From positions 141,621 to 205,620 of the forward strand of contig CAZWPK010000002.1 of assembly GCA_964635905.1 (NCBI GenBank): DNA of 64,000 bases, in the 5' to 3' direction. Below the pieces are notes generated by a model that saw only the letters and a list, made by a program, of their open reading frames with translations, made no database searches and was not told the DNA's origin. Numbering within the stretch: the stretch's first letter is position 1; the number at the start of each line of letters is the position of its first letter. This document shows positions 1-10,313 of this stretch, piece after piece. A program made the position numbers and the translations under genes. The DNA is from an uncultured Pseudomonadales bacterium. Lineage in GTDB: Bacteria > Patescibacteriota > Microgenomatia > UBA1400 > UBA12028.

Positions 1-226
1 TGATGATCCAATTCGTTAGAGTCTCCGTCGTGGTGGAGGTGTTTTTAAGCGTGAGCCACTCTTTTTCACCTGCACCATTACACACAAAGATCTCATGGAA
101 TTGAATTGGTAGTTCCGTTTGGGCAAGCGTAGTTTTAACAGTGGTGCTAGAGAAAAGCACAACCAGAAACCCACACAGAGTGAATACGAGACGCTTCCCC
201 ACAAAAAATTTCCTGGGAAAAAACAC
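1..226 (-). CDS. Secreted lamin-tail-domain (LTD)-like protein, 5' part (runs off window)
   Basis: Not in the ORF track. GGGAGG SD then GTG at 226, reading MFFPRKFFVGKRLVFTLCGFLVVLFSSTTVKTTLAQTELPIQFHEIFVCNGAGEKEWLTLKNTSTTTETLTNWII: a signal peptide plus an LTD-like I-x-EI...EW(I/L)xLxN...LxxW pattern. Confidence 0.7.
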   Translation of the reverse strand, partial: MFFPRKFFVGKRLVFTLCGFLVVLFSSTTVKTTLAQTELPIQFHEIFVCNGAGEKEWLTLKNTSTTTETLTNWII

Positions 227-237
227 TGGCTCCTCCC

Positions 238-1452
238 TTATACTTTACGCAAATAGTTAATGTTATTTATTTGACTTGTTTTATAGAACTTGGAAAACTC
301 TTTATCATACCCTTCGATCGGATCGTGAATGATGTAGTTTCCCTTCTCTCCACTTTTTATCACCAAAAAGTGTCCATCGAATGTTCCAATACGCATGTGC
401 ACAATGACTGGATTACTCTTTAACTCTTCATCAAGCTTCGCTTGAGAGTAGCCAGAACGCTCATATCGCCACCCGGATGGTGCTGGCCAAGGATGGAGCA
501 TATAGGCAGTATTCGAGAAGAAATAGCTTGTCGTCCGCGCGATAGAAACAGGAGTGACATTTTCTCCAAATTTCTTTTTGATCATGGCTGTACTACTGAC
601 GAGACAACCCACTTCCAAAATCCTGCCTTCGTTTTTGGTTCCGCAACTATTTCCGATACACACACCTGCGAAGCGCTCGTCGCGTTGAGAGAAAAACCAT
701 CCATCGGGACTATTTTGAGGTGGTAATACATTTGCACCACGCGCTTTGGCAAAGGAGGCAAAGGATGCTAATTCTGATTCAGCTTGCGACAACAGCTTTT
801 GATAATTGCTTTCATTGTTTTTGGTGTCCGTGAGTAACTTTCGTTTTGACTCTTCTTGGGCTTCTAAATCTTTCTTTTGGGATTCCAGTTTTTTTTGAAG
901 CGCAGCTACCGACTGTTGTTTCTTTTCCTTTTCATCCTTTTGCTGGTTGTAATCGATTTTTACTTGGGAGGTTTTCTTTAAGAGATTTTGATAATGGGAT
1001 TGGGCTAACTGGATGTATTTATACCGTGTATACAAGTCTGAGAAGCTCTTGGTTGAAAAGAGTAGTTCAAAGGACCCAATCTCTGGCTGTTTATACCCGT
1101 CCTGCACTTCGGTAAGAAGCGCCGCCACATACAAATCCAAATTTTGCTCTAACGTATCAATCTTGCCTTCCAGTGAGCCGATGTCACGTTCTAGTAAGGC
1201 AATCTCTAACTGCGTTGCCTCCATCTGCTTTTGCGTCAACGCTTTTTTATTGGTTAAGTAGGAAATCGCAGACGATAATGTCTTTGCTTCACCTTGAAGT
1301 TGTGAAATCTTTCCTTTTAATTCTTCAATCTCTTTTAACTTTTCCTGATATTTAGGATCTGTTTCATCCGCGCGAATGGACATCGGCATCAAAAGACTCG
1401 CCCCAAAGCCGACGACAACCACAAGCAAGAAAAAGTATTTTCCCAAGCGCAT
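238..1452 (-). CDS. FtsEX-associated coiled-coil (PcsB/EnvC-like) protein with C-terminal C39-like cysteine peptidase
   Basis: Signal/TM segment, long coiled coil, then FSQRD...GC...GHF...DP motifs; directly downstream of ftsX. Confidence 0.75.
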   Translation of the reverse strand: MRLGKYFFLLVVVVGFGASLLMPMSIRADETDPKYQEKLKEIEELKGKISQLQGEAKTLSSAISYLTNKKALTQKQMEATQLEIALLERDIGSLEGKIDTLEQNLDLYVAALLTEVQDGYKQPEIGSFELLFSTKSFSDLYTRYKYIQLAQSHYQNLLKKTSQVKIDYNQQKDEKEKKQQSVAALQKKLESQKKDLEAQEESKRKLLTDTKNNESNYQKLLSQAESELASFASFAKARGANVLPPQNSPDGWFFSQRDERFAGVCIGNSCGTKNEGRILEVGCLVSSTAMIKKKFGENVTPVSIARTTSYFFSNTAYMLHPWPAPSGWRYERSGYSQAKLDEELKSNPVIVHMRIGTFDGHFLVIKSGEKGNYIIHDPIEGYDKEFSKFYKTSQINNINYLRKV

Positions 1453-1455
1453 GAC

Positions 1456-2334
1456 CTATAGCCCCTTTCGAACGAATCGCTTGACTGCAAATAAACTTGA
1501 GATGATACCGATACAGACACCGATGAGGACTCCACCACCAAGCATCCCGGCTAAGATGACTGGTGGGACTGGAAGAATCTTTAGCTGCGCAAAGAACGAG
1601 AGTAAGGTGGGAGTAAGGTACAGTAACACCGTGTAACTCACGATCCAACCAATTAAGGCTCCATAGACGCCATACGATACTCCCTCATAGACGAAGGGAC
1701 CCCGGATATACCACATACTCGCACCAAGTAAGCGCATAATCGAAATTTCAGAACGCTTCATGCCCACGCGCAAGCTCAAGATGACGAAAATCAGCATCAC
1801 GGTGATCACCACTAACACGGAGGTAATCACCAGTCCACCTGTGCGGATGGTTTTGGTCCAATACGAGAGATTCTCAATCACATCTTTTTGATAGACGACT
1901 TCTTCAACGCCGGCAAGCTTCTCCAAATCCCCTTGAATGGTTGAGAGTGATTCAATCGATGTCGCACTGACTTCCAAAGAGGCAGGGAGAATATCTGCCG
2001 TTACGAGCTCCAAGAGCAACGGATCTTTACTGTTTTCCTCTTTAAAAATTTCCAGTGCATCAAGTTTGGTGACGGCTTTGACCTCCGCCACATAGTCTTT
2101 TTCTTCCATTACTTGTTTTGCCGAAGCAACTTCCTCTGGAGAGGAGGTAACCGCAAAATAGGCAATGACTTGCGGACGTGTTTCGATATAATGAAGCGCG
2201 ACATTCGCGGTATACAGGAGTAGGACAAAACAATAGGCAACAAAAAAGGTCAGCGCCATCATCGACGTTGCTAGCATTGCCTGATAGGGGCTGCGGCGCA
2301 TATTACGAAAGGCTTGTTGCAGTGATCGAAACAT
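1456..2334 (-). CDS. ftsX: Cell division permease FtsX
   Basis: 4-TM layout, EISIMRLLGAS..YIRGPF..EG motif, follows ftsE. Confidence 0.93.
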   Translation of the reverse strand: MFRSLQQAFRNMRRSPYQAMLATSMMALTFFVAYCFVLLLYTANVALHYIETRPQVIAYFAVTSSPEEVASAKQVMEEKDYVAEVKAVTKLDALEIFKEENSKDPLLLELVTADILPASLEVSATSIESLSTIQGDLEKLAGVEEVVYQKDVIENLSYWTKTIRTGGLVITSVLVVITVMLIFVILSLRVGMKRSEISIMRLLGASMWYIRGPFVYEGVSYGVYGALIGWIVSYTVLLYLTPTLLSFFAQLKILPVPPVILAGMLGGGVLIGVCIGIISSLFAVKRFVRKGL

Positions 2335-2338
2335 AGGA

Positions 2339-3067
2339 TTAATCTACTTTCTTTTCCGACTTCTCTTCTGTTACATGCGATTCATCCTCGGTTTTCTTGT
2401 GACTTTTGGTTTCTTGATTTTCACGGACTTTTCCATCTTCCAAAAAGATCACGCGCTTATCAATCCGTTTGACTAAGGACAAATTATGCGTGGCCATGAT
2501 AATGGTAGTTCCAAGCTCGTTAATCTTGGCAAGCAATCGAACAATGGAATAGGCGGTTGAATCATCAAGGTTCCCGGTTGGTTCGTCCGCAAACAAGATT
2601 CTAGGTGCGGTTGCCAGGGCTCGTGCAATACACACGCGTTGCGCCTCTCCACCCGACAGTTGCGACGGGAAAACATCTTTCTTTTCTGGAAGTCCAATCA
2701 ACGTCAGCAATTCCATCGTACGCACGGCTATCTCTTCTTTTGGTTTTCCAATAATTTCTAAGCCTAAGGCAATATTCTCTTCGACCGTTCGCTCAGGCAA
2801 CAATTTGTAATCTTGAAAAATCACCCCGATCATTCGACGGAGCGCAATAATTTCTTTTTGTCGCAGCTTCCCAAAGGTAAGATCGCCAACGGTAATTTCG
2901 CCCACATCGGGAGTCGTTTGATGGGTCAGAAGTCGCATGATTGTTGTTTTGCCAGCCCCAGATTTTCCTACTAAGAAAATAAATTCACCAGGATTGATCA
3001 AAAACGTTGCATCCGACAACACTTCTTGTGAACCATATCGTTTCGTAACATTGGTAAAACGGAGCAT
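2339..3067 (-). CDS. ftsE: Cell division ATPase FtsE
   Basis: [37 protein letters not shown]. Confidence 0.93.
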   Translation of the reverse strand: MLRFTNVTKRYGSQEVLSDATFLINPGEFIFLVGKSGAGKTTIMRLLTHQTTPDVGEITVGDLTFGKLRQKEIIALRRMIGVIFQDYKLLPERTVEENIALGLEIIGKPKEEIAVRTMELLTLIGLPEKKDVFPSQLSGGEAQRVCIARALATAPRILFADEPTGNLDDSTAYSIVRLLAKINELGTTIIMATHNLSLVKRIDKRVIFLEDGKVRENQETKSHKKTEDESHVTEEKSEKKVD

Positions 3068-3121
3068 GGGAACACTTTACCAGAAAAGGAGGGTCGCTGT
3101 GAAGATGAAAAACTTAAAATT

Positions 3122-3730
3122 TTAGAAGTCTCCACCCTGCATTAACTTCTCAGGTTGCGCGCCATCTGGCAAGGAAGCATTGAGTTCCTGGACTTCTGCT
3201 CGACCAACATCCATTAACCATCCAGCTTTTTGTGCTTTAAAGGTTTCACCCCACACTTTTACTTTATGACCTTCAAACATTTTTAAATCAAGAACAGATG
3301 AGGTCAAGTAGACGGTCTGCGTCTTGCCTCCGGGACGGACGATATGATGTGAGCCTTCCCCTTCCAAGCCTCCGGCGACTAAGACTCCTTCTGCATTATC
3401 TTTAAAACTGCTCGTGTCCTGGGCTCCAAACACTTGGCCTACTTTCACGGCTGCCGCTAGATCACTGACTCCTTGAGCGTCAGTGGACGTATCAACCACC
3501 GTAACGGTTGGTTTGGTGGTAGAAGACGCAACTACATAGCCTGTACCAATTCCTAAGAGAATCACGACTCCTAATAAAGGAAGGAAGATGTTTTTTGATT
3601 TTGCCATAGTGTTTTCTTTTGCTAAATTGGACGCAAAAGCAGTAGTTGAACTTGGTACAGCACTACTCGGTTCTGCCGCGTTAGCCGGTGAAGTTGGCGT
3701 TGGTTGTGAATCGAACGAAATTTTCTCCAT
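3122..3730 (-). CDS. Single-TM hypothetical protein with C-terminal beta-rich (OB-like) domain
   Basis: ATG 3730; one hydrophobic helix; C-terminal GEGSHH..VYLTSSVLDL..KVKVWG..WLMDV; sits between prfB and ftsE. Confidence 0.65.
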   Translation of the reverse strand: MEKISFDSQPTPTSPANAAEPSSAVPSSTTAFASNLAKENTMAKSKNIFLPLLGVVILLGIGTGYVVASSTTKPTVTVVDTSTDAQGVSDLAAAVKVGQVFGAQDTSSFKDNAEGVLVAGGLEGEGSHHIVRPGGKTQTVYLTSSVLDLKMFEGHKVKVWGETFKAQKAGWLMDVGRAEVQELNASLPDGAQPEKLMQGGDF

Positions 3731-3778
3731 ACGTGTTTTGAGTCTACACACAAAGTTAAATTCTATCCACTAGCGATT

Positions 3779-4873
3779 TTACAGTTGACGCACACAGCTT
3801 TGCGTAAAGAGATCCAAATCACCATCTAAGACTGCCTGGGTATCACTTGTTTCGATTTTAGTACGGGTGTCTTTGACTAAATGGTAGGGATGTAAAACAT
3901 AATTTCGGATTTGATTACCCCATCCTGCCACTTTGTATTCTCCTTTGATTGCTGCCATTTCAGAACTTTTTGCTTGCTCTTCAAGTGCTGCTAATTTACT
4001 TTTTAAAATCGATACTGCCGTTTTCTTGTTCTGTTCTTGGTAGCGCTCCTGACGACATTCCACAATCATTCCCGTTGGGATATGCTTGAGAATGACGGCA
4101 CTATTTACTTTATTCACATTCTGACCCCCATGACCACCTGCTCGAGTGAATTGCCACTCTAAATCGTCAAGGTTTAACTCGATTTCTTTATCTTCTTCCG
4201 CAATTAACGGCAAGACATCGACGCCCACAAAAGAGGTCTGTCGAAGATTATCGGCGTTAAAGGGGGACAGTCGCACCAGTCGATGCGCTCCTGTTTCATG
4301 TTTGAGTAATCCGTAGACAAACTCTCCATGTACAAGGTAAGTTACCGACTTGAGTCCTTCTTCCGCTCGTGACTCGTCAACCAACTCCCATTTCCATTCT
4401 TTTAAATCAAAATAGCGACTGTACATTCGAGACACCATACTCGCCCAATCACAAGCCTCGGTTCCACCTTGACCTGCATGAATGGTAAGGACGGCATCAC
4501 GATGATCGTACTTTCCCGACAGAAATGTTTGAATTTCCAGATTAGAAAGGATTGTGTCGACGGTATGTTGGGTAGAAAAATATTCAGACTGCAAACTTTG
4601 ATCTGGGGTTTCCTTTAACAACTCTTCCATTGACGAGAGATCGTAAAACAAATCCTGAATGTGAGTAATTTCTTTCAGGGTTGATTCAAGCGAAGCAATC
4701 TCTTGACCTACATTTTTTACTTCTGTTTGATCATTCCAAAACGCCGGATCTTCGCGTAACTGCGAAAGCGTGGTTAATCGCTGCCGTTTTTCTTCCACTC
4801 CAAGTCGGGAAACAATTCCAGTGAATTTTTCCTGTAAGGCTTGCGTTTTTGTAAGAGTTTCAAATTCGAGCAT
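3779..4873 (-). CDS. prfB: Peptide chain release factor 2
   Basis: GQGGTEACDW, SPF recognition tripeptide, GGQ motif, WGNQIRNYVLHPY; likely start ATG 4873. Confidence 0.95.
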   Translation of the reverse strand: MLEFETLTKTQALQEKFTGIVSRLGVEEKRQRLTTLSQLREDPAFWNDQTEVKNVGQEIASLESTLKEITHIQDLFYDLSSMEELLKETPDQSLQSEYFSTQHTVDTILSNLEIQTFLSGKYDHRDAVLTIHAGQGGTEACDWASMVSRMYSRYFDLKEWKWELVDESRAEEGLKSVTYLVHGEFVYGLLKHETGAHRLVRLSPFNADNLRQTSFVGVDVLPLIAEEDKEIELNLDDLEWQFTRAGGHGGQNVNKVNSAVILKHIPTGMIVECRQERYQEQNKKTAVSILKSKLAALEEQAKSSEMAAIKGEYKVAGWGNQIRNYVLHPYHLVKDTRTKIETSDTQAVLDGDLDLFTQSCVRQL

Positions 4874-4889
4874 GGTAAACGGTATTGTA

Positions 4890-5738
4890 CTAGATAGAAA
4901 ACAAAGTCGCTGCGTTCTCACTCGTTTGCTGATCCAGGCTTTCTACACTAGTCCCTAAAATTGTCGCGACAAACGCAGCCGTTTGGACAATATTTTCGGG
5001 GGAGTTCACGCTTCCGCGCAGCCCTTGCGGCGACAAAAATGGCGCATCCGTTTCAAGCAGCAATCGATTAGGAGGAACCAGTTTGAGCAGTGACTGAATC
5101 TCTTTCGATGAGGGGTAGGTCACATTCCCTGCAAAACTAACATATCCTCCCAAATTTAGACAGGCGTTAACATACTCCAACGGTCCCGAGACACAATGCA
5201 GGACAAAACGCGGTAACACATTGTCTGCTTTAAGCGTTGTTAACAAGGTACGCAGATCCGCATAGGCATCAAACGGTCCACCTTCCTTCCCTCGTGTGGA
5301 TCGGCAGTGGATGGTGAGTGGTACGAGAAGATTGTGGGCTAAGCGTGCCTGCATCAAAAATAATTCAGACTGAAGCTTGCGGATTGCGTTATCGTACTCG
5401 GAGTCTGACTGCAAGAAACTATAATCTAGGCCACATTCTCCAATGGCAACGCAGCTAGTATCGTTGGCGATGACACCTAGTTCTCGTTTCCATAGAGAAA
5501 GAAGCTTTTTCTGATTTGACTGCGAAAATTGACCAAGAAAGCTTCCCAGCTCGGGATGAATTCCGACCGTAGCGTACTGATGGAAGCGTTTGGCAATCTC
5601 AACTGCCTGGATACTACTCGAAATGTCCGTTCCTACAATCACAAGTTTCGTCACGCCGACAAGCATCGCGCGTTCTACGACTGTCGACGCCTGCGCAGAT
5701 AAGGGAGATAGATTTAGATGACAATGTGTATCAACCAT
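4890..5738 (-). CDS. tatD: TatD family nuclease
   Basis: DTHCH, GIHP, IGECGLDY, LLETDAPFL. Confidence 0.92.
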   Translation of the reverse strand: MVDTHCHLNLSPLSAQASTVVERAMLVGVTKLVIVGTDISSSIQAVEIAKRFHQYATVGIHPELGSFLGQFSQSNQKKLLSLWKRELGVIANDTSCVAIGECGLDYSFLQSDSEYDNAIRKLQSELFLMQARLAHNLLVPLTIHCRSTRGKEGGPFDAYADLRTLLTTLKADNVLPRFVLHCVSGPLEYVNACLNLGGYVSFAGNVTYPSSKEIQSLLKLVPPNRLLLETDAPFLSPQGLRGSVNSPENIVQTAAFVATILGTSVESLDQQTSENAATLFSI

Positions 5739-5806
5739 AGGGGATATGTAGCCATTTGATCAAGGTTATTCTAGCTTTTTTAGTTCAAAAGCGATAGAAT
5801 GACCCC

Positions 5807-6031
5807 ATGCCTATCGGGACAATTCTTTTATCCGCCCAAATTGTAGTTTCTCTCCTCCTTATTGGAGCTATCCTCTTGCAGGCTCAAGGATCCGGACTGG
5901 GATCAACTTGGGGTGGGGGTGGCGAAAGTTATCACACCAAGCGTGGGGTTGAGCGCACCCTGTTTGGGGCAACCATTGTCCTCATTTGTGTGTTTCTTGC
6001 GTTATCGCTGGCATCAATCGTTCTATTGTAG
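5807..6031 (+). CDS. secG: Preprotein translocase subunit SecG
   Basis: Two TMs with LLQ..GSGLG..WGG..Y.TKRG.E linker. Confidence 0.92.
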   Translation: MPIGTILLSAQIVVSLLLIGAILLQAQGSGLGSTWGGGGESYHTKRGVERTLFGATIVLICVFLALSLASIVLL

Positions 6032-6044
6032 ACTGTAACACTTC

Positions 6045-7520
6045 ATGATTACCGCAATTAAAATTCGCTGGTACGTAGAAGGTTTCTTGAAAAAATACGG
6101 AATCGTTGTCGGGGTGAGCACCGTCATTGGCATTATCCTCTTTGTCATCCTGCCCAACCTTCTCTCGTCCATTCCATTATTTAAACCTACCAGTTACATT
6201 GGTAGAGTTGGGGCGTTTCCGCTGTCCCGTCTGCCTAGAGATATTCAAGACAAAGTCAGTATGGGTTTGACTAGAGCTACCGAGGATGGTCAGTTTGTCC
6301 CTGCACTAGCATCGTCGTTTCATATTGAAGAAGAGGGCAAAGCGTACCGTTTCACCATCCGACCCAATGTCCTTTGGCAAGATGGAACCGAAACAACTCC
6401 CGCAGATGTCTCCTATGTTTTTGCTGACATTGATATTGCTCGATCTCAAAATGATATTGTATATCGAATTCGCCCGCCAAAAGATGATCAGACGCCGGCG
6501 CAACCGTTTTTACCATCTTCCTTTTTATCACTGGTCTCACAGCCACTGTTTAAACAGCAGCAAACCAAACGGTTTTTCTTCTTTGAAAAGAATACGATTT
6601 ATGGTTTGGGTGAGTACCACATCACCTCGTTTAAGTACGCGGGACCGTCACTTCGAGAAATTACGTTGGAGTCCGATCGAGAACGGTTAGTCTATCGTTT
6701 TTATCAAACAGAACATGATGCCATTATTGCCTTTAAACATGGAAACGTCGGGCGACTGGAACTAATCCAAGATATTGAAGATCTTAAAGATTGGCAAACT
6801 GTGGGAAAACGTATCGAGTCCCATGACGATCAGTATGTCGCCCTTTTTTTTAATTTAAACTACTCAGACGGCGATAGCGGACAGCCCTACAATAATCGGA
6901 ATTTACGTCAGGCATTGAATTTATCGTTACAAAAACCCCAAGGGAATGATCGCATCCTCTCTCCAATCTATAAACGCTCTTGGGCATATGTGGGTGATGA
7001 AGCAGACATCGATCGCTTTGAGCAGGATTTAACCGCAGCCATCGAAACGCTCTCAAAAGCAGAGTTACAAAAGCCGGTTACAGTAGAACTGACCACCATT
7101 CCCACTTACATGTTGAAAGCAGAAACGATTAAAAAAAGTTGGGAAGAGCTTGGGGCTCTAACACAGGCAAACTGTCAAAAAAGTAACGGCAAGAACTGTG
7201 ATAACTTCAAAATTTCAGTCCAAATCCGCTTAAGTAATGTTCCTGATCTTTCCAATTACCAAGTGTTATTAGTTGGACAACAAATCCCCATTGATCCCGA
7301 TCAATATACCTTTTGGCACTCTACCCAACAAACTAACTTTACGCATTATAAAAACGCACGGGTGGATAAGCTCTTAGAAGATGCTAGAAAATCTACAAAT
7401 CGGGAAGAACGAAAACTGTACTATCAGGAGTTCCAACGCATCTTAATTAAAGACTCCCCAGCGATCTTTTTGGAACCGATCAAAACCTATACGGTCTGGC
7501 ACAAGAGCGATATTCTTTAA
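6045..7520 (+). CDS. ABC-type peptide-binding protein (family 5)
   Basis: PALAS..Y.F.IR..V.WQDG...T.ADV; DPDQYTFWHS; N..VDKLLE.AR. Confidence 0.85.
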   Translation: MITAIKIRWYVEGFLKKYGIVVGVSTVIGIILFVILPNLLSSIPLFKPTSYIGRVGAFPLSRLPRDIQDKVSMGLTRATEDGQFVPALASSFHIEEEGKAYRFTIRPNVLWQDGTETTPADVSYVFADIDIARSQNDIVYRIRPPKDDQTPAQPFLPSSFLSLVSQPLFKQQQTKRFFFFEKNTIYGLGEYHITSFKYAGPSLREITLESDRERLVYRFYQTEHDAIIAFKHGNVGRLELIQDIEDLKDWQTVGKRIESHDDQYVALFFNLNYSDGDSGQPYNNRNLRQALNLSLQKPQGNDRILSPIYKRSWAYVGDEADIDRFEQDLTAAIETLSKAELQKPVTVELTTIPTYMLKAETIKKSWEELGALTQANCQKSNGKNCDNFKISVQIRLSNVPDLSNYQVLLVGQQIPIDPDQYTFWHSTQQTNFTHYKNARVDKLLEDARKSTNREERKLYYQEFQRILIKDSPAIFLEPIKTYTVWHKSDIL

Positions 7521-8842
7521 CCTGTAGTTCGTTGATATAACTCTGGAATTGAATTTTCAAACAGAATCACGGCAGTAGGCTTTAGCTTACTTGAAATCTG
7601 GTTCATTCCTTCGATTTCATTTGCAGCGACGATAATTGATTGATCGTCAAACCCTGCCTGCTTTAAACCCTTGAGCAATGCGGCAGTATTCACGCCCTCC
7701 ATAATCAGAGCCAAATCAGCCACCTTGGCAATCTGTGCTCCAAAGGTTTGATTGTAGGTCTCCTGGTCGTTACCTAATTCCACAAATCCAGGAGTACAAA
7801 CTATTTTCTGACTCCCTTCTAGTTGTGAAAGTACTTCCAGTGCTTGGACTGCGCTAACTGGATTGGAGTTATAACCGTTATCCAGAACCAAAATTTGTCG
7901 TTCCAACAGTGTCGGTTCTAATCGATGGGGGACAACCGGTAATGACGACAGTTGTGATCGAATTTGTTGTACGCTCATGCCTAATTTTTTTGCCAACAGA
8001 ATTGCAGGGAGGGTGTTTTCAGCATTGTGTCGACCAAAAAGGGAGATAAACAGAGGATCCTTAAAAAAAGAAGGTACAAAAAACTCCGTGCCGGCACGCG
8101 ACACCTGTACGTGTACGATTAATTCAGGATCATAGTAACTACATCGAGCATCTAACCCTAATTTCTTGGCAATGCGTTGATTTGCCTGATGCACTATCCC
8201 TTGGGCTTTTGAAAAACGCAGGACATCAAAAATCTCTGTTTCAATTTCCAACGGACTTTCAAATCGTTCAAGATGCGCAATGGTAATGGGTGTAATCACT
8301 GCATAGGCTGGTGCCACAAAGGAAGTTAACGCCGCAATATCACCGCGATCATACTCTCCCATTTCTACGATGAAATAGTGATGCGATGCTGTTAAAGAGT
8401 TCGTAATTTCTTTGGCGATTCCTAATGCCCGGTTAATATTTCCGGGCGTTGAGTGAACACGATACGCGCCGGACAGCACATGGGATAACGTATGTTTGGT
8501 GGACGTTTTTGCATAACTTCCCACGACAGCAATTACGGTTAAGCCACGCCGCTGTAATCGTCGTAATTTCCAGGTTGCGGCCGTTAGGATCCATTGGGTA
8601 ACAAGCCACTGCGGGACCGAAAGCAAGAAAAGTCCAAGCAACAGTGCCCTGTCTTCACCGACAATCAAGCCAACAGTTCTAGCGATCGCTTCAAGCAGTC
8701 GTAATTTAAAGGTTACTTTTTTGGGAGTAATCGTAGCTCCAGGTTCAGGATGCGATTCCATCCATTCTGCATAATGACGCCATTCATATTCTCCTTGTTG
8801 AAGAATTGCCAACTTTGTCTGCAATGCGTGATCTTTTTTCAT
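7517..8842 (-). CDS. murF: MurF-like Mur ligase with N-terminal membrane segment
   Basis: GSYAKTS P-loop, GNIN..LG, VEMG, AHLE.F, DNGYNSNP, TPGFVELG. Confidence 0.75.
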   Translation of the reverse strand: MKKDHALQTKLAILQQGEYEWRHYAEWMESHPEPGATITPKKVTFKLRLLEAIARTVGLIVGEDRALLLGLFLLSVPQWLVTQWILTAATWKLRRLQRRGLTVIAVVGSYAKTSTKHTLSHVLSGAYRVHSTPGNINRALGIAKEITNSLTASHHYFIVEMGEYDRGDIAALTSFVAPAYAVITPITIAHLERFESPLEIETEIFDVLRFSKAQGIVHQANQRIAKKLGLDARCSYYDPELIVHVQVSRAGTEFFVPSFFKDPLFISLFGRHNAENTLPAILLAKKLGMSVQQIRSQLSSLPVVPHRLEPTLLERQILVLDNGYNSNPVSAVQALEVLSQLEGSQKIVCTPGFVELGNDQETYNQTFGAQIAKVADLALIMEGVNTAALLKGLKQAGFDDQSIIVAANEIEGMNQISSKLKPTAVILFENSIPELYQRTTG

Positions 8843-9621
8843 GATGAGTCCTTTAAAAACGTACTGATCGCCTCCGCTACAGCTTGAGGATGATCATGAT
8901 GGGGAAAATGCCCGCTTTCAAAAACTTTCAGCTGACTGTTTGGAATTAAACGATGAAATTCTTCACCATGCCACAACGGCGGGAATTTGGGTAACCGTCC
9001 CCAGACTAAGAGCGTGGGAATGGAGATACGAGAGAGTTGCAATCGAAGATCTTCCGTTAAGATTTTTTGGAGTGTAGCTTTTTGAAACGGAGTTGCAGCC
9101 AGATAGTCTGTCTCCGCTCCAAAGCGTTGATAGATTCGTTCTTTTACTTGCGTTGAAGCAGCCTGCTTTAATTTGGAAGGTAGGACCGTAGATAGTGTGC
9201 GAAGCATTTTCTGTTTCGCACTTAATTCGTAGCGAATACCGGAGGCATCAATGAGTATTTGCTTGGCTGGTTGGAATTGGCGCTGCATGGCGGTATAGTC
9301 AACCAAAATTTTTCCTCCAAACGAATGCCCTGCACAATAGAAAGGTTTTGCAGTGGGTGTGATTCCAACTATGGAAAGAAACTGTTCAAACCAGATTGAA
9401 TAGTCACTGGTAGACCATCCCGTAGCGGGACTCTCAGACTTCCCAAATCCTGGAAGGTCTATCGCAATCACTGTAAAGGCATCGGAAAGATAGGGGATGA
9501 CGGGAAGCCACGCCTCCCAAGTATTTGCCCACCCGTGCAGTAGAAATAACTTGGGTCCCTTCCCGGTAACTTCATACGCAACTGATCTGTCAGATACTTG
9601 TACGATTGCCATATTCTCCAT
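8839..9621 (-). CDS. Alpha/beta hydrolase
   Basis: LHGW, DLPGFG.S, GHSFGG nucleophile elbow, GHFPH; 4-nt overlap with the murF-like gene. Confidence 0.9.
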   Translation of the reverse strand: MENMAIVQVSDRSVAYEVTGKGPKLFLLHGWANTWEAWLPVIPYLSDAFTVIAIDLPGFGKSESPATGWSTSDYSIWFEQFLSIVGITPTAKPFYCAGHSFGGKILVDYTAMQRQFQPAKQILIDASGIRYELSAKQKMLRTLSTVLPSKLKQAASTQVKERIYQRFGAETDYLAATPFQKATLQKILTEDLRLQLSRISIPTLLVWGRLPKFPPLWHGEEFHRLIPNSQLKVFESGHFPHHDHPQAVAEAISTFLKDSS

Positions 9622-9635
9622 TATACTTGGGCCGT

Positions 9636-10241
9636 ATGAAAAAAGCCGCACTTCTTATCACAATAACACTGCTACTAAGCGCGTGTTCCAAAAGCCCTAG
9701 TGTAGATTCGAACGCTCTACCGTACAATACCACTCCAACTGGGACACCGCTTGCCAGCCCGAGTCCGACAGTTAGTCCAACTGCTAGTGCGAGTGCAACA
9801 CCAACAACGAAAGGAATCTCTATGACGAGAGCAAAAATTGAAACTTCTAAAGGAATTATTGAATTGGAACTCTATCCTGATACGGCTCCCGGGACAGTAA
9901 GCAATTTTACAAGCAAAGCCGCTTCTGGATTCTACAAAAACCTCACGTTTCATCGAGTTGAGGACTGGGTGATCCAAGGCGGAGATCCCGTAGGAAATGG
10001 AACCGGTGGTGGGAAAATGCCAACGGAGCTCTCTGATGTTCCATTCGTAGAAGGCTCCCTTGGTGTCGCACGTGGAGGAGACATTAAAGTGAGTAACGAT
10101 GCACAATTCTTTATTTGTACTCAAGAGTGTAGCTGGCTAAATGGCCAATACACCATTTTTGGAAAAGTTACCAAAGGCATGGATATTGTAAAAAAGATTG
10201 CAATCGGAGATAAGATCTTGTCGGTAACCACGTCCAAATAA
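9636..10241 (+). CDS. Lipoprotein cyclophilin-type peptidyl-prolyl isomerase
   Basis: Lipobox LSAC, P/T/S linker, FHRV..WVIQGGDP.G.G.GG, QFFI, YTIFG. Confidence 0.92.
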   Translation: MKKAALLITITLLLSACSKSPSVDSNALPYNTTPTGTPLASPSPTVSPTASASATPTTKGISMTRAKIETSKGIIELELYPDTAPGTVSNFTSKAASGFYKNLTFHRVEDWVIQGGDPVGNGTGGGKMPTELSDVPFVEGSLGVARGGDIKVSNDAQFFICTQECSWLNGQYTIFGKVTKGMDIVKKIAIGDKILSVTTSK

Positions 10242-10313
10242 AACGACAAGGCTAGTGTTAAGCTTTTTTTGGACTGGAGCAATCTGTTGTGACAATAACT
10301 GGTAGGTAATCTC

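Noticed and set aside
16-204. 62-aa ORF-track call
   Set aside because: Wrong frame; the SD-led GTG 226 frame gives a signal peptide plus LTD-like protein.
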